Positions 18,548-32,000 of a stretch of 64,000 nt of DNA are shown piece after piece (within the stretch, counting starts at the first letter, position 1; each line of letters begins with the position of its first letter). The stretch covers positions 8,433 to 72,432 of the forward strand of contig JAQUUP010000001.1 in assembly GCA_028693815.1 (NCBI GenBank), written 5' to 3'. This DNA is from Candidatus Omnitrophota bacterium (GTDB lineage Bacteria > Omnitrophota > Gorgyraeia > Zapsychrales > Aceulaceae). The notes under the pieces are model-generated. The model was not told the origin of the DNA. It saw only the letters and a list, made by a program, of their open reading frames with translations, and searched no databases. Made by a program: the position numbers and the translations under genes.

Positions 18548-20137
18548 TTATCTATTTTCAAAACGTCTCATGTCAACAACAAACGTTTTCTCTTGAAAAC
18601 GCAACGGCTTATCAAGAATAGTCCCTGAATCAACTTTAATCTCATAGCGAAACATTTTTCTTTTATTAACAATATCTCTAAAAATATATAAAACCGTTTT
18701 TGTCTTCGGATCAAAACTAATATTAAATATTTCCATTTTTCCTTGCGCAATCTCCCTTAAGACAAAAGAGGTCAATCCAACCATGTTGTGACTATAGGAA
18801 GTTGTTAAGTTACCAAATTCATCACCTCTATGTTTTAAATATTTTTCTTGAGGTTGAATAAAATAAATTCTTTTATATTGATTCAGGTCTGCCTTTGTTA
18901 TTTGATCTTTAACAAATTGAATTTCTTTTTGACTTGGAATAACTCGATACTTTAATATCGTCTGATATGCTTGCGCCATACCGTAAAAACTTAACAATAA
19001 AAGCACGACGGAAAATATGAGTTTCCGGCCCTTAGCAAGAAACTGAGTCCATGCTCTTGCGGCCCATATCACAACAAAGAAAACAAGGATTGTCAACGGC
19101 CCCAAACATCGATAATAAAAAGCATTTTGAGTGGAAACAAGATTAGGCAAAAAACTTAAAAACATCAAAACAATCAAGATCAAAGACCGAACAAAACCAT
19201 TTGTAAAAGATTTAGCTCTTTTTTCTTTTGGCTGTCGAACAATTTCTAAAACAATAGCAGAACCAATAAAAAAAACAACAATACTCGCAAACATCTTGTG
19301 GGGAAAAATATTCCACAAATTTAAGGCATTAAATAGCGGCTCTCGAAAAAACCATGCTATTTTTCCAAAATAGTCTGCTGTGACTTCATACGGGTTGTAT
19401 CCAAATAAATTAAATCGAGCAAAATAAGGTTTAACCACATGAAGAACAATTAAAGAAAGCACCATAGAGAATACCGCCGGCGAAAATAAATTAATCATCC
19501 GATTCTTAATTTCAGAAACATTTGAAAATTCAGAGAATAAAATCACCACTCCAACCATAGTCCAATAAAACATTGATGTTGGCTTGTATATTGATAGTGC
19601 GCAAAACAACAAAAAAACAGATAAAGCAAATCGGCCGCTAACTATCCGCCGAAGAATCTTATCTGTCAAAGAAATGCGGTCACTAGCTAAAAAAGCGCCC
19701 ATCACAAACAGAATCGAAACCGGTTGATACGCCATTGCCGTTTGAGAGACAGCCACTTGAAAAGAAGGCAAAGTAAAAATAGTTAGAGATAGCAAAAAAG
19801 CGTTGATCGGTGAGAAGAATTTCTTTCGAATCCAAAAAAAGAAGATTGATGCGCAAAGAGCAAGATTGATAACACCTAAAAAACGAACAAGATTAAGATC
19901 TTTAATAGAATTAATCAAAAGTCCCATCGCCAAAAATAAATGTGCGCCGATAAAACGTCCAATGGATAAATTATAAACAACTCCTGGTGTTTCTAGTCTA
20001 GTCGGGGTTTTCAGAAAGAAAATAACATCGTCATGATAAACATAGTGCGATGCAATGGCAGGCCAAAAAGCAATACATAAAGAAATTAAAAAAAGAAAAA
20101 AAACAACAGGCTTATAAAAAACTTTTTTCTTAATCAT
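18548..20137 (-). CDS. Large polytopic membrane protein, putative GT-C-type glycosyltransferase (ArnT/PMT/YfhO-like)
   Basis: 529 aa with at least 12 hydrophobic helices and a C-terminal soluble tail; family assignment rests on topology only. Confidence 0.4.
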   Translation of the reverse strand: MIKKKVFYKPVVFFLFLISLCIAFWPAIASHYVYHDDVIFFLKTPTRLETPGVVYNLSIGRFIGAHLFLAMGLLINSIKDLNLVRFLGVINLALCASIFFFWIRKKFFSPINAFLLSLTIFTLPSFQVAVSQTAMAYQPVSILFVMGAFLASDRISLTDKILRRIVSGRFALSVFLLFCALSIYKPTSMFYWTMVGVVILFSEFSNVSEIKNRMINLFSPAVFSMVLSLIVLHVVKPYFARFNLFGYNPYEVTADYFGKIAWFFREPLFNALNLWNIFPHKMFASIVVFFIGSAIVLEIVRQPKEKRAKSFTNGFVRSLILIVLMFLSFLPNLVSTQNAFYYRCLGPLTILVFFVVIWAARAWTQFLAKGRKLIFSVVLLLLSFYGMAQAYQTILKYRVIPSQKEIQFVKDQITKADLNQYKRIYFIQPQEKYLKHRGDEFGNLTTSYSHNMVGLTSFVLREIAQGKMEIFNISFDPKTKTVLYIFRDIVNKRKMFRYEIKVDSGTILDKPLRFQEKTFVVDMRRFENR

Positions 20138-20143
20138 AGAGGG

Positions 20144-21748
20144 TTAAGACTTTTTTGCCAAAGAAGCAGCAACAAAACTCTGAAACAAAGGATGCGCCTT
20201 ATCTGGCTTTGATTTAAACTCGGGATGAAACTGGCATGCAACAAACCATGGGTGACTCTTAAGCTCAAGAATCTCCACAAGTTTCTTTTTTACATTAATC
20301 CCTGAAAAAATAACACCTTTTTTCTCAAAAGCTTTCCGATATTCATCATTAAACTCATAACGATGACGATGCCTCTCCGAAATATTTTCTTTTTTATATG
20401 CCTGAAAGCTTTTTGTTTTTTTCTGCAGCTTGCAAGGATAGGCTCCCAAGCGCATGGTCGCTCCCATATTCTTTACTTTCTTTTGTTCTTCCAAAAGACT
20501 AATCACAGGATACTTTGTTAATTTCTCAAATTCTGTTGAATTAGCCCCTTTAAGCCCACAAACATTTCTTGCAAATTCAATAGACGCAATCTGCATTCCT
20601 AAGCAAATTCCAAAAAAAGGAATCCCTTGCTCTCGCGCATATTCAACAGCTTTAATCTTTCCTTCGATCCCTCTTGTTCCAAATCCCCCAGGAATAAGAA
20701 TGCCATCAGAATCTTGAAGGTATTTCTTTGCACCAAGCTTCTCAATATCTTCAGAATCTACTCTATTAATAACAACACGAGCATCGTTTGCAATGCCACC
20801 ATGCACCAACGCTTCATAAATTGACTTATATGCATCTGGAAGAGAAATATATTTTCCAACAACAGAAATCTTGACTTCCTTCGAAGGATTTCTTAACCGT
20901 TTTACAACATAATCTTCCCACTTTTTAAGATCACTGTCTGGTCTTTTAATGTTTAGTTTTCTTAGAATTAAATCATCTAGCCCTTCTTTCTTAAAGCAAA
21001 GAGGAACTTCATAAATATTCTTAACATCCACAGCTTCAACAACAGCCTCACGATCAACACTACAAAAAAGAGCAATTTTTTCTCTCTGCTCTTTATTCAT
21101 ATGTTTTTCTGTTCGGCATAAAAGAATGTCAGGAGAAATCCCGATCTCACGTAAACGCCCAACGCTATGCTGTGTTGGTTTTGTTTTATGTTCTCCTGCA
21201 GACTTAATAAAAGGCAAAAGCGTAACATGCACGTTGATACAATAACTTGGACCTGTCTCCCACTTCATCTGACGAATAGCTTCTAAAAACGGCAGGCTTT
21301 CAATATCACCAACAGTTCCGCCAATTTCAACAATAGTAACATCCACATCACGCGCTTTCGCAACTCCTTTTATTCTATTTTTTATTTCATCCGTGATGTG
21401 AGGAATGATCTGGACCGTTTTTCCTAAATATTCGCCCTTACGTTCTTTTGAAATAACAGAGAAATAAACCTTCCCTGTTGTAATATTGCTATCCTTGCCA
21501 ACGCGCGCATTAGTAAAACGCTCATAATGGCCGAGATCTAAATCCGTTTCAGCGCCATCATCAGTCACGTACACTTCTCCATGTTGAAATGGACTCATGG
21601 TTCCAGGATCAACATTCAAATAAGGATCACATTTAATTGTCGTTGTAGAAAGACCTCTCTCCTCGAGCATTTTTCCAATCGAAGCAGCAGCAATGCCTTT
21701 TCCAAGGCTTGAAACAACACCACCTGTAACAAAAATAAATTTACTCAT
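20144..21748 (-). CDS. pyrG: CTP synthase
   Basis: 534 aa; [23 protein letters not shown]; C-terminal GATase with GICLGMQ. Confidence 0.95.
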   Translation of the reverse strand: MSKFIFVTGGVVSSLGKGIAAASIGKMLEERGLSTTTIKCDPYLNVDPGTMSPFQHGEVYVTDDGAETDLDLGHYERFTNARVGKDSNITTGKVYFSVISKERKGEYLGKTVQIIPHITDEIKNRIKGVAKARDVDVTIVEIGGTVGDIESLPFLEAIRQMKWETGPSYCINVHVTLLPFIKSAGEHKTKPTQHSVGRLREIGISPDILLCRTEKHMNKEQREKIALFCSVDREAVVEAVDVKNIYEVPLCFKKEGLDDLILRKLNIKRPDSDLKKWEDYVVKRLRNPSKEVKISVVGKYISLPDAYKSIYEALVHGGIANDARVVINRVDSEDIEKLGAKKYLQDSDGILIPGGFGTRGIEGKIKAVEYAREQGIPFFGICLGMQIASIEFARNVCGLKGANSTEFEKLTKYPVISLLEEQKKVKNMGATMRLGAYPCKLQKKTKSFQAYKKENISERHRHRYEFNDEYRKAFEKKGVIFSGINVKKKLVEILELKSHPWFVACQFHPEFKSKPDKAHPLFQSFVAASLAKKS

Positions 21749-21813
21749 AAATACTTCCGATCTTTAAAGTTTTTAATATTATAATAACCCTCTTAAAATT
21801 ATCACTTAAAACT

Positions 21814-23187
21814 TTAGCAATTCTTTTCTAATAAATACTTGCTCTGGTTTTTAGGGATCTGTTCCGGATAAACACCGTCAAAACATGCGTGACAAAACGC
21901 CTTAGAGTCTTTCATGACTTTAAGCATTCCCTCTAAACTTAAGTATTCAAGTGAATCGACCTTAATAAAATCAGCAATTTCTTTGATTTTCTTATTAGAG
22001 GCAATCAACTCATCCTTGCTTGGAAAATCAATGCCATAGAAACATGGAAACGTAATCGGAGGACAAGTCACTCGGAAATGAATCTCTTTAGCTCCTGCTT
22101 TTCTAATTTCCTCAACACGGCTTCTACTGGTCGTGCCTCGCACAATAGAGTCCTCAACAACCACAACACGCTTTCCTTTCAAAACATCGCTAATGGGATT
22201 AAGCTTTACACGCACACGAAATTCCCGCAAAAACTGACTCGGCTGAATAAACGTACGTCCAATATAATGATTTCGAATCATGCCGATCTCCAAAGGAAGA
22301 CCAGATTCTTTCGCATAGCCAACTGCTGCATAATTTCCAGAATCAGGAATCGACATAACAAAATCAGCATCAATCGAGTTCTCTCGCGCAAGCTGTTCGC
22401 CTAAACGTTTTCGCACTAAATAAATATTGTCATCAAAAATATGGCTGTCAGGACGAGCAAAATAGATATTCTCAAAAATACAATGAGCGTTCTTTTCTTT
22501 TCTTTCTAAGAAAACACTTTCAATTTTTCCGCCACTTATAAAAACAATTTCCCCAGGTTCAATCTCTCGAACTAGTTCTGCATTAATTAAATCTAAGGCA
22601 CATGTTTCGCTTGCTAGAATATAAGAGTCGTCTTTCTTACCTAAACATAATGGACGAAACCCAAAAGGATCACGCGCTCCAACTAAAACATCTTCAATCA
22701 TAAAAACAAGCGAAAAAGCCCCTTGAAGACGCATCAAAGCTTGCTTAACCCAATTCTTAACATCTCCGTTCTTTGTTCTTGCTAAAAGATGAACAATCAC
22801 CTCAGAGTCCATTGTCGTCTGAAATATAGATCCCTGCTCTTCAAGTTCATTGCAAAGCTCTTCTGTGTTTGTTAAATTTCCATTATGTGCAATAACAATA
22901 GTCTTGTTTTTATGTGTTGCCAAAAATGGTTGGATATTCTTAGAATTACTTGATCCTGTTGTTGAATAACGAGTATGGCCTATAGCAAAATTTCCCTTAA
23001 GGCTTTCAACAGAACTTTCATCAAAGCAATCTGCAACAAGGCCACGCGCTTTCTTTGAATGGATTCTCTTCCCGTCAAAAGAAAGAATACCGCACGACTC
23101 TTCCCCTCTGTGCTGCAACGCATATAAACTTAGAAAAACAATTTTTGCTGCTTCTTTATGATTGGAAACCCCAACAATGCCACACAT
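21814..23187 (-). CDS. purF: Amidophosphoribosyltransferase
   Basis: 457 aa; MCGIVGV Ntn start, PRTase motif VVVVEDSIVRGTTS. Confidence 0.95.
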   Translation of the reverse strand: MCGIVGVSNHKEAAKIVFLSLYALQHRGEESCGILSFDGKRIHSKKARGLVADCFDESSVESLKGNFAIGHTRYSTTGSSNSKNIQPFLATHKNKTIVIAHNGNLTNTEELCNELEEQGSIFQTTMDSEVIVHLLARTKNGDVKNWVKQALMRLQGAFSLVFMIEDVLVGARDPFGFRPLCLGKKDDSYILASETCALDLINAELVREIEPGEIVFISGGKIESVFLERKEKNAHCIFENIYFARPDSHIFDDNIYLVRKRLGEQLARENSIDADFVMSIPDSGNYAAVGYAKESGLPLEIGMIRNHYIGRTFIQPSQFLREFRVRVKLNPISDVLKGKRVVVVEDSIVRGTTSRSRVEEIRKAGAKEIHFRVTCPPITFPCFYGIDFPSKDELIASNKKIKEIADFIKVDSLEYLSLEGMLKVMKDSKAFCHACFDGVYPEQIPKNQSKYLLEKNC

Positions 23188-23189
23188 AA

Positions 23190-26100
23190 CTAAACTCCCT
23201 TACGGTAATATTCTTGCAAAGATTTTACATTAAAATCTTTTTCTTTACTCGCTTCAATTCCATTAATAGCTGCCCACGCCGCTTGTATCGTTGTGATACA
23301 TGGCACATTTTGCAAAATAGCAGCCGCACGAATAGATCGCATATCCGACTGACTCTTTTGCCCAGAAGGAGTATTGATGATCAGATTAATTTCATTATTC
23401 TTAATTAATTTTAATAAATTACTTTTACCTTCTCCAACCTTATTAACAACCTCAACCTTAATTCCATTTGTTTTAAGTGCTCGCGCTGTTCCTTTTGTTG
23501 AAAGAAGTTCAAACTTCATGTCCGTTAGTTTTTTTGCTAAAAATGCAATATTGCGCTTATCAGTTTCATTGACACTTAAAAAAATCTTTCCCTCTTGAGG
23601 CAAAGATTGACCCGCCGCCGCCTGCGATTTAGCAAAAGCAGCGCCAAAAGTTTCATCAATCCCCATAACTTCTCCTGTTGACTTCATCTCAGGACCCAAG
23701 ACAATGTCCACGCCGGAAAAACGAGAAAAAGGCAAAACAGATTCTTTAACCGAGATATTCTTAAGCTCCTCAATATTAACAAACTTAAAATCAGACATTT
23801 TCTTGCCAGCCATAATCTGAGAGGCAATCTTTGCCAAAGGCACACCTGTTGCCTTGCTAACAAAAGGCACCGTACGAGACGCCCTCGGATTAACCTCTAA
23901 GACATAAATACGATCTCCTTTAATGGCAAACTGAATATTAAGAAGACCAATAACTTTTAATCCCCTTGCAATGTCGCAAGTATATTTCTCAATTCTTTTA
24001 ATCAAAGTCAAGCTCAATGTATGAGGTGGCAAAACACAGGCTGAGTCTCCTGAATGAATTCCAGCATTTTCAATATGCTCCATCATGCCCGCAACAACAG
24101 CATCTTCTCCATCTGAAATACCATCGACATCAACTTCAATCGCATCTTCAATAAATTGATCAATCAAAACAGGATGCCCCTGGGAAACATCTTTAGCCTC
24201 TTCAATAAAATCAAGCAATGCCTCTTGATCATACACAATCTTCATGGCTCTTCCGCCTAAAACATATGACGGTCTTGCTAAAACCGGATATCCAATTCTT
24301 TTTGCGATTTTAATCGCTTCCTCTGCAGAAAATGCAGAACCATTTTCAGGCTGAGAAAGTCCAAGCGTTGTAATAAACTCTGAGAACTTTTCTCTATTTT
24401 CTGCCAAATCAATAGACTCAACTGTCGTCCCAATAATCGGCACTCCAGCTTCATTTAAGGCACGCGCTAAATTAAGCGGCGTCTGCCCACCAAACTGAAC
24501 GATAACACCATCAGGATTTTCAACCTCAATAATATTCATAACATCTTCAAACGTCAAAGGCTCAAAATAAAGTCGGTCAGATGTGTCATAATCTGTCGAA
24601 ACTGTCTCAGGATTTGAATTAACCATAATAGTTTCGCAACCCATCTCTTTTAATGCAAAAGAAGCATGACAGCAACAATAATCAAACTCAATTCCCTGAC
24701 CAATACGATTAGGCCCGCCACCTAAAATCATAATTTTTTTCTTCTGACTCTTTTCTTTTTCCGTAGCCTTACTTTCGTCTTCGTCTTCATATGTTGAGTA
24801 ATAATATGGCGTATAGGCTTCAAACTCAGCTGCACACGTGTCGACCAATTTAAACACAGCTCGAATCCCCTTTTCTTTTCTTAAAGCTCGCACTCCCTTT
24901 TCGCTTATTGAAAAAATCTGAGCCAGCTGTGCGTCACCAAAACCCCATTGCTTTGCTTGCCTTAAAGAATCTTTGCTAACCGATTTATTTTCTTCGAATT
25001 CTTTTTTTAAATTATTTTCAAACTCAACTAATTCTGAAATATTAGAAAGAAACCATGGATCAATCTTTGTAATCTCAAAAATTTCATCGACACTCATTCC
25101 TTTTTGAAGCGCATATTTAATGTAAAAAATACGAGATGCATTCGGGTTCTTAAGTCGATGTATCAATTTCTCATCAGAAATATCTTGAAACTTGAGCTTA
25201 TTGTCCAGGCCAACATGTCCTATTTCAAGACCACGCAACCCTTTCTGCAAAGACTCTTTAAACGTGCGCCCGATTGCCATTGTTTCGCCAACAGATTTCA
25301 TCGAAACACCCAAAGTGTCGCCTGCCTCTGGAAACTTCTCAAATGTAAATCTTGGGATTTTTGTCACGCAATAATCAATAGTCGGTTCAAATGAAGCTGG
25401 CGTTTCTCTTGTGATATCGTTTCGAATTTCATCCAATGAATATCCCACCGCTAATTTCGCTGCAAACTTTGCAATCGGAAAGCCTGTAGCCTTACTAGCT
25501 AATGCCGAACTGCGTGATACACGCGGGTTAACCTCGATAACGACAATGCGGCCATTTGTTGGATCAACAGCAAAATGAACGTTACAACCTCCTGTTTCAA
25601 CGCCAATTTCTCGAATCAACGCAATGGTTTGGTTCCGCATTCTTTGATATTCTTTATCTGTCAAAGTTTGTGCCGGAGCAACGGTAATACTGTCTCCCGT
25701 GTGAACACCCAAAGGATCTAAATTTTCAATAGAACAAACAATAACAACATTATCTTTGCAATCCCGCATGACTTCAAGCTCATATTCTTTCCATCCTTCA
25801 ATAGACTCTTCAATCAAAACTTCATTATTCCTACTGCATTCGAGACCTAAAAACGCTATTTTTTCAAGCTCTTCTGCATTATGCGCAATCCCACCGCCGG
25901 AACCGCCTAATGTATAGCTCGCCCGAACAATCAAAGGAAATCCAATTTCCTTTCCTGCCTCTCTTGCCTCCTGTATCGTATAAGCAAACGTACTGCGAGG
26001 AACCTCAAGGCCAACTTTCAAAACAGCCGCTTTAAAACATTCACGATCTTCTGCTTTCTTGATAACTTCATGAGGCGCACCAATAAGCTCAACATTATAT

Positions 26101-26429
26101 TTCTCCAAAATACCTTGCTCGAAAGCTTGCATTGCCAAATTTAATCCTGTTTGCCCACCTAACGTTGGCAAAAGTGCGTCTGGCCTCTCTTTTTCAATAA
26201 CGCGCTCTAAAAACTCCAACGTCAAAGGCTCAATATATGTCGCATCCGAAATCTCAGGATCTGTCATGATCGTCGCTGGATTTGAATTAATCAAGACAAC
26301 CTCGTAACCTTCCTCTTTAAGCGCCTTACAAGCCTGGGTTCCAGAATAATCAAACTCGCACGCCTGACCAATAACAATGGGACCAGAACCAATAAGCAAA
26401 ATTTTCTTTATATCGTTACGCTTTGGCAT
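23190..26429 (-). CDS. carB: Carbamoyl-phosphate synthase large subunit
   Basis: 1079 aa; duplicated ATP-grasp halves, [26 protein letters not shown]. Confidence 0.95.
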   Translation of the reverse strand: MPKRNDIKKILLIGSGPIVIGQACEFDYSGTQACKALKEEGYEVVLINSNPATIMTDPEISDATYIEPLTLEFLERVIEKERPDALLPTLGGQTGLNLAMQAFEQGILEKYNVELIGAPHEVIKKAEDRECFKAAVLKVGLEVPRSTFAYTIQEAREAGKEIGFPLIVRASYTLGGSGGGIAHNAEELEKIAFLGLECSRNNEVLIEESIEGWKEYELEVMRDCKDNVVIVCSIENLDPLGVHTGDSITVAPAQTLTDKEYQRMRNQTIALIREIGVETGGCNVHFAVDPTNGRIVVIEVNPRVSRSSALASKATGFPIAKFAAKLAVGYSLDEIRNDITRETPASFEPTIDYCVTKIPRFTFEKFPEAGDTLGVSMKSVGETMAIGRTFKESLQKGLRGLEIGHVGLDNKLKFQDISDEKLIHRLKNPNASRIFYIKYALQKGMSVDEIFEITKIDPWFLSNISELVEFENNLKKEFEENKSVSKDSLRQAKQWGFGDAQLAQIFSISEKGVRALRKEKGIRAVFKLVDTCAAEFEAYTPYYYSTYEDEDESKATEKEKSQKKKIMILGGGPNRIGQGIEFDYCCCHASFALKEMGCETIMVNSNPETVSTDYDTSDRLYFEPLTFEDVMNIIEVENPDGVIVQFGGQTPLNLARALNEAGVPIIGTTVESIDLAENREKFSEFITTLGLSQPENGSAFSAEEAIKIAKRIGYPVLARPSYVLGGRAMKIVYDQEALLDFIEEAKDVSQGHPVLIDQFIEDAIEVDVDGISDGEDAVVAGMMEHIENAGIHSGDSACVLPPHTLSLTLIKRIEKYTCDIARGLKVIGLLNIQFAIKGDRIYVLEVNPRASRTVPFVSKATGVPLAKIASQIMAGKKMSDFKFVNIEELKNISVKESVLPFSRFSGVDIVLGPEMKSTGEVMGIDETFGAAFAKSQAAAGQSLPQEGKIFLSVNETDKRNIAFLAKKLTDMKFELLSTKGTARALKTNGIKVEVVNKVGEGKSNLLKLIKNNEINLIINTPSGQKSQSDMRSIRAAAILQNVPCITTIQAAWAAINGIEASKEKDFNVKSLQEYYRKGV

Positions 26430-27513
26430 GAAAATCCTTCATCATTTTAATAAATTTATCAAATAAATACTGTGCGTCATGCGGACCAGGAGAAGCTTCC
26501 GGATGATATTGAACAGAAAAAAGTGGATACTTTTTATGTTCAATACCTTCAACAGTTTTATCATTCAAATTAATATGTGTCACTTCAACATCATCACTAT
26601 TTAAACTTTTCATATCAACACAAAAGCCATGATTTTGGGATGTAATAGAAATCTTGTTTTCTTTTAAATCTTTAACTGGATGATTAGCCCCTCTATGACC
26701 AAACTTCAGCTTGTATGTTTTTCCGCCTAGCGCAAGACCTAAAATCTGGTTACCTAAACAAATACCAAAAATAGGAAGCTTACCTAAGAAGGCTTTTGCA
26801 GTTTTAACAACATATGGCACAGCCGCAGGATCACCTGGACCATTTGAAATAAAAAGTCCATCAGGATTGATCGCTTGAATTTCTTCTGACGTAACCGTCG
26901 AGGGAAATACATGAACTTCGCATCCAAGCTTTGCGAGAATTCTTAAAATATTAAATTTAACACCGCAATCAATCACAGCAACTTTTAATGAATGTTTTTC
27001 TTCTTTGTTCCAGATATATTTTTCCTTAGTCGTAACTTCCTTAACCCAATCGCTACCTTCCATATCTGGCACTTTCTTAAGCTTATCCGCTAAACTTTGA
27101 GAATCAAAATCTTTTGTTGAAATGATACCCTTCATAGCTCCACAAACTCTTAGATGTCGCGTCAGAGCTCTGGTGTCAACATTCTCAATTGCGATGATGT
27201 TATTTTCTTTTAAATATTCCATTAAACATTTTGTAGCACGAAAATTAGAAAATCTACGAGCAAACTCTTTAACAACAAAACCCTTAACATGAATTTTGCT
27301 AGACTCAACATCTTCTTCATTCACACCGTAATTTCCAATCAAAGGATATGTCATGGTGACAATTTGACCAGCATAGGAAGGATCAGTCAAGATTTCTTGA
27401 TACCCGCTCATCGAGGTATTAAAGACCATCTCGCCTGCACTTTCTCCGGAAGAAAAGATAGAACGTCCTTGAAAAATCGTTCCATCCTCCAAATATATAA
27501 TTGCTTTTTTCAT
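26416..27513 (-). CDS. carA: Carbamoyl-phosphate synthase small subunit
   Basis: 365 aa; [16 protein letters not shown]-domain; GATase GICLGNQ. Confidence 0.95.
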   Translation of the reverse strand: MKKAIIYLEDGTIFQGRSIFSSGESAGEMVFNTSMSGYQEILTDPSYAGQIVTMTYPLIGNYGVNEEDVESSKIHVKGFVVKEFARRFSNFRATKCLMEYLKENNIIAIENVDTRALTRHLRVCGAMKGIISTKDFDSQSLADKLKKVPDMEGSDWVKEVTTKEKYIWNKEEKHSLKVAVIDCGVKFNILRILAKLGCEVHVFPSTVTSEEIQAINPDGLFISNGPGDPAAVPYVVKTAKAFLGKLPIFGICLGNQILGLALGGKTYKLKFGHRGANHPVKDLKENKISITSQNHGFCVDMKSLNSDDVEVTHINLNDKTVEGIEHKKYPLFSVQYHPEASPGPHDAQYLFDKFIKMMKDFHAKA

Positions 27514-27596
27514 ATGAAATAGATAACAAAAAGGCTAGTAAAACTAGTGATAATATACCATCAATTTGGGGTCAGTCAAAACATATTTGCTCTGCA

Positions 27597-29024
27597 TTAT
27601 TTTCGCAAATATCGATCAACGCATTCAGCCGCACCGCGCCCCTCATGAATGGCCCAAACAATCAACGATTGACCTCGGCGCATATCTCCCGCCGAAAAAA
27701 CACCATTAACGCTCGTCATATAATTGACATCTGTTTTAACATTGCCTCTTGAATCAAGCGGAATATTTAAATCCTCGACGAGCCCTTTTTTTAAAGAACC
27801 AATAAAGCCCATCGCCAAAATCAGCAAATCGCAATCTACTTCAAACTCAGAATCCGAAATTTCTTTCATCAAGGACCTTGATGTCATCGGATCTTTGGGA
27901 CCATATTCCAATCTTATGCCATGAAGCTTTTTAAGATTTCCTTTTTCCCCGCTTAAACTTTTTGTCAAAATACAATAATCTTGAGCAACACCTTCTTCGT
28001 GAGAACTCCCTTTGCGATAGATGAGCGCCCACTCAGGCCACGGATTATCCGTCGTCCTTGTCAATGAAGGACAAGGAAGAATTTCAAACTGTTTTACGCT
28101 TTTTGCCCCTTGACGATTTGCCGTACCAATGCAATCAGCACCCGTATCTCCTCCGCCTAAAATAATAACACTCTTATCTTTAGCATTAATTTGCTCTTTC
28201 GGATTAATGAGCACGCCCCCATTAATACGGTTTTGCTGACACAAATAATCCATCGCCTGACAAACTCCTTTTAACTCTCGCCCAGGAATTTTAAGATCGC
28301 GCGCTTCTTGTGATCCGCCAGCTAAAACAATCGCATCAAATTCTTTTTGAACATAATGAATCGAAATGTCGACACCAATATGGCATCGTGTTTTAAAAAC
28401 AATCCCTTCGTCTCGTAAAACGCTGATACGTCTTTCAATGATCTTTTTTTCAAGCTTAAAATCTGGAATTCCCAAAGATAAAATTCCGCCAATATTTTCA
28501 TTTTTTTCAAAAACGGTAACACGATGACCCGCCTTATTCAACTGATCCGCACAGGCTAATCCAGCAGGTCCCGAGCCAACAATAGCAACCAATTTTCCCG
28601 TACGTTTAAGTGGCGGACGAGGCTTGACCCAGCCTTCTTCAAAAGCCTTTTCAATAATTAAAAGCTCTACATTGCGAATGGTGACCGCATCTTTTGTAAT
28701 TGATAAAACGCAAGAATTTTCGCATGGCGCAGGACAAATGCGGCCAGTCATTTCAGGAAAATTATTTGTTTCCACCAAACGTTCATACGCTTCTTTCCAG
28801 CAACCACGATACACAAGATCATTCCAATCAGGAATTAAATTTGCCAGAGGACAACCCCAATGACAAAAAGGCGTTCCACAATCCATACAACGCGCTGCCT
28901 GTTGGCTCAAATCTCTATCTGAAAAAGGATGAAAAAACTCCCTCCAATGTCGCTTTCGCGTCTCAACAGAATCCTTAGAAAAATCTTTTCGATCATATTT
29001 TAAGAAACCAGTAATATCGCCCAT
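27597..29024 (-). CDS. gltD: Glutamate synthase (NADPH) small subunit
   Basis: 475 aa; Fe-S Cys cluster CxxCxxxC..C; FAD/NAD dinucleotide folds VAIVGSGPAGL and VIILGGGDTG. Confidence 0.85.
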   Translation of the reverse strand: MGDITGFLKYDRKDFSKDSVETRKRHWREFFHPFSDRDLSQQAARCMDCGTPFCHWGCPLANLIPDWNDLVYRGCWKEAYERLVETNNFPEMTGRICPAPCENSCVLSITKDAVTIRNVELLIIEKAFEEGWVKPRPPLKRTGKLVAIVGSGPAGLACADQLNKAGHRVTVFEKNENIGGILSLGIPDFKLEKKIIERRISVLRDEGIVFKTRCHIGVDISIHYVQKEFDAIVLAGGSQEARDLKIPGRELKGVCQAMDYLCQQNRINGGVLINPKEQINAKDKSVIILGGGDTGADCIGTANRQGAKSVKQFEILPCPSLTRTTDNPWPEWALIYRKGSSHEEGVAQDYCILTKSLSGEKGNLKKLHGIRLEYGPKDPMTSRSLMKEISDSEFEVDCDLLILAMGFIGSLKKGLVEDLNIPLDSRGNVKTDVNYMTSVNGVFSAGDMRRGQSLIVWAIHEGRGAAECVDRYLRK

Positions 29025-29027
29025 GAT

Positions 29028-32000
29028 TTATTTAAATACCTGTTCTTCGCGCTCTGTTATTTCATCTTCTTTCATCATTTTTCCTAAAACCCGTCGATAT
29101 TCCATTGGGAAAACTTTGACAAAACAGGGAACCTCTTTTTCCCAATGATCCAAAATGTATTTAGCCTTTTGACTTTGGGTGTAAAAGAAATGTTTTTCAA
29201 TCATACTTTTAAGTTCTTCAATGTCTTTGTTATCATTCAAAAGCTCTAAATCAACCATACTCAAATTGCATCGACCATCGAGCCTGCTCTCAGGATCATA
29301 AATATAGGCAAGTCCTCCGCTCATCCCAGCAGCAAAATTAATGCCAGTCTCTCCTAAAATAACAACGCGCCCTCCTGTCATATATTCACAGCCATGATCC
29401 CCAATGCCTTCGACAACGACATGAACACCACTGTTGCGAATAGCAAATCGCTCGCCAACACAACCATGAATATAGACCTCTCCCGAAGTTGCCCCATACA
29501 AAAGAACATTGCCACAAATAATGTTTTCGCTAGGATTATAGGTAGATTCTGAATACGGCTTAACAATGATCTTGCCACCGCACAAACCTTTGCCCAAATA
29601 ATCATTAGCTTCGCCTTCCAAAATAAGAGTCATTCCCTGAGAGGCAAAAGCGCCGAAGCTTTGTCCCGCGGCTCCTTTAAAGCGACAAACAATGGTGTCC
29701 TCGAATAAGCCTTCATGGCCATAACGCTTTGCAATTTCTCCAGAGAGCATCGCCCCTGTTGTTAAATTAGTATTCGCAATGGGTAGCTCAATCAAAACAG
29801 ATTTTTTCTTTTCAAGAGCTTCCCGTGATAGCTCAATAAGCTTGTGATCTAGCACATTTCCGATATCATGGTCTTGAGACTCCAGACAGCGCACAGCCAC
29901 ATTCTTTTCATGAGAAATTTGAGCGAAAATTCTTGAGAAATCTAATCCTTTAGCTTTCCAAAAATCAATCGCCTCATTTACTTCCAAAAGATCACTACGC
30001 CCAACAATTTCATCCATAGTCTTAATGCCAAGCTGGGCCAGGTATTCTCGAACTTCTTGAGCAATCAATGAAAAGAAATTTACCACATACTCTGGCTTAC
30101 CACTAAAATTTTTGCGTAATTGCGGATCCTGTGTTGCAACACCCACGGAACAAGTATTCAAATGACACTTGCGCATCATCACGCATCCACAAACCACTAA
30201 AGACGCTGTCGCGAATCCAAATTCTTCCGCGCCTAACAACGTGGCAATCACAACATCCCGGCCAGTCTTCATTTGACCATCAGCCTGAAGACGAACACAA
30301 CCGCGCAAATTATTTAAAACAAGTGTCTGCTGAGTTTCTGCAAGACCCAGCTCCCACGGAACACCCGCGTGCTTCATAGAAGTCAGAGGGGAAGCACCTG
30401 TTCCTCCATCATAACCACTAATGAGCACCATATCGGCATGAGCCTTAGCTACGCCAGCGGCAATCGTGCCGACACCGGCTTCAGAAACTAATTTAACAGA
30501 AATGCGTGCCTGCGGATTCACATTCCTTAAATCAAAAATTAATTGTTTAATATCCTCAATTGAATAAATATCATGATGTGGTGGCGGAGAAATCAAAGTA
30601 ACGCCAGGAGTTGAATGTCGAACTCGCGCGATTTCTTCATTAACTTTATGACCCGGAAGCTGTCCCCCTTCCCCTGGTTTAGCTCCTTGCGCGATTTTAA
30701 TTTGAAGCTCTTTAGCATTAACCAGATACTCAGCCGTAACACCAAAACGACCACTCGCGATCTGCTTAACGGCACTACACCGATCGTCACCATTAGGAAG
30801 CAATTGATAACGAGCAGGATCTTCTCCCCCTTCACCGCTGTTACTCCTAGCGCCGATACGATTCATGGCAATCGCCAATGTTTCATGGGCTTCACGACTA
30901 ATAGACCCAAATGACATAGCCGATGTCACAAACCTTTTCATAATAGAAGAAATTGGCTCAACCTCATCAATCGAAATAGCTTTTGTTTCCTTAAATTTAA
31001 AAAGCCCGCGCAACGTGTATTGTTTTTTCGTCTGATCATTGATAAGCTGGGCATACTCTCTATAAACTTTCTCGTCATTATTACGCGTCGCTGTTTGTAA
31101 TTTATAGATCGCTTCTGGTGTCCACAAATGTCTTTCCCCATCTTTGCGAAACGCGTACTGACCCCCATTGGCTAGCGTATCACCAAGGACCAAAGAATCA
31201 TGCATAGCTTGCTCATAACGCGTGCTTATCTCCTTGGCAATTTCATCAAGCCCAATGCCTTCAATGTTAGAAACCGTGCCAGTAAAATATTTCTCAATAA
31301 TATCGCGATTTAAACCCACGGCTTCAAAAACTTGCGCTCCTCGATAACTACGCAAAGTCGAAATTCCCATCTTCGACATAATTTTTAAAAGTCCTTTGCA
31401 AAGCGCATGAATATAATTTTCTAAAGCCCTCGTAGTCCTGACTTCTTTTTCTAACATCTTTTGTTGTGCCATATCGGCTACTGTTTCGAAAGCCAAATAG
31501 GGATTAATCGCCGTGGCTCCATAGCCTAACAAAAGCGCTATGTGCTGAACTTCTCGCGCCTCTGCTGTTTCCATAATAATGCCAACATGAGTACGCAACC
31601 CTTCATTAGTCAAATGCTGGTGGATTGCTGAAAGCGCCAATAAAGCCGGAATGGGCATCACATCTTTCGGCAGATGACGATCACTTAAAATAATCAATGA
31701 ACATCCATTGCGCACAGAGGTCTCGGCGGTGTGTCGCAATTGATCCAACGCTTCTTTAAGATCCTCCCCGGTTCCTTTACGGGGAAAACCCATTTGCAAA
31801 GTCGTTGCCCAAAAATCTTTTAATTTTAGCGAACTTACGCGCTCCAGATCTTCATTAGAAAGAATCGGATGCGTCAATTTAATTAAACGCGCGTTTTGAG
31901 GAACCTCCGTTAAAATATTTCCACAGCTTCCCATAAACGTCATCAAAGACATAACAAGCTCCTCGCGAATAGGATCAATCGCGGGATTTGTAATTTGCGC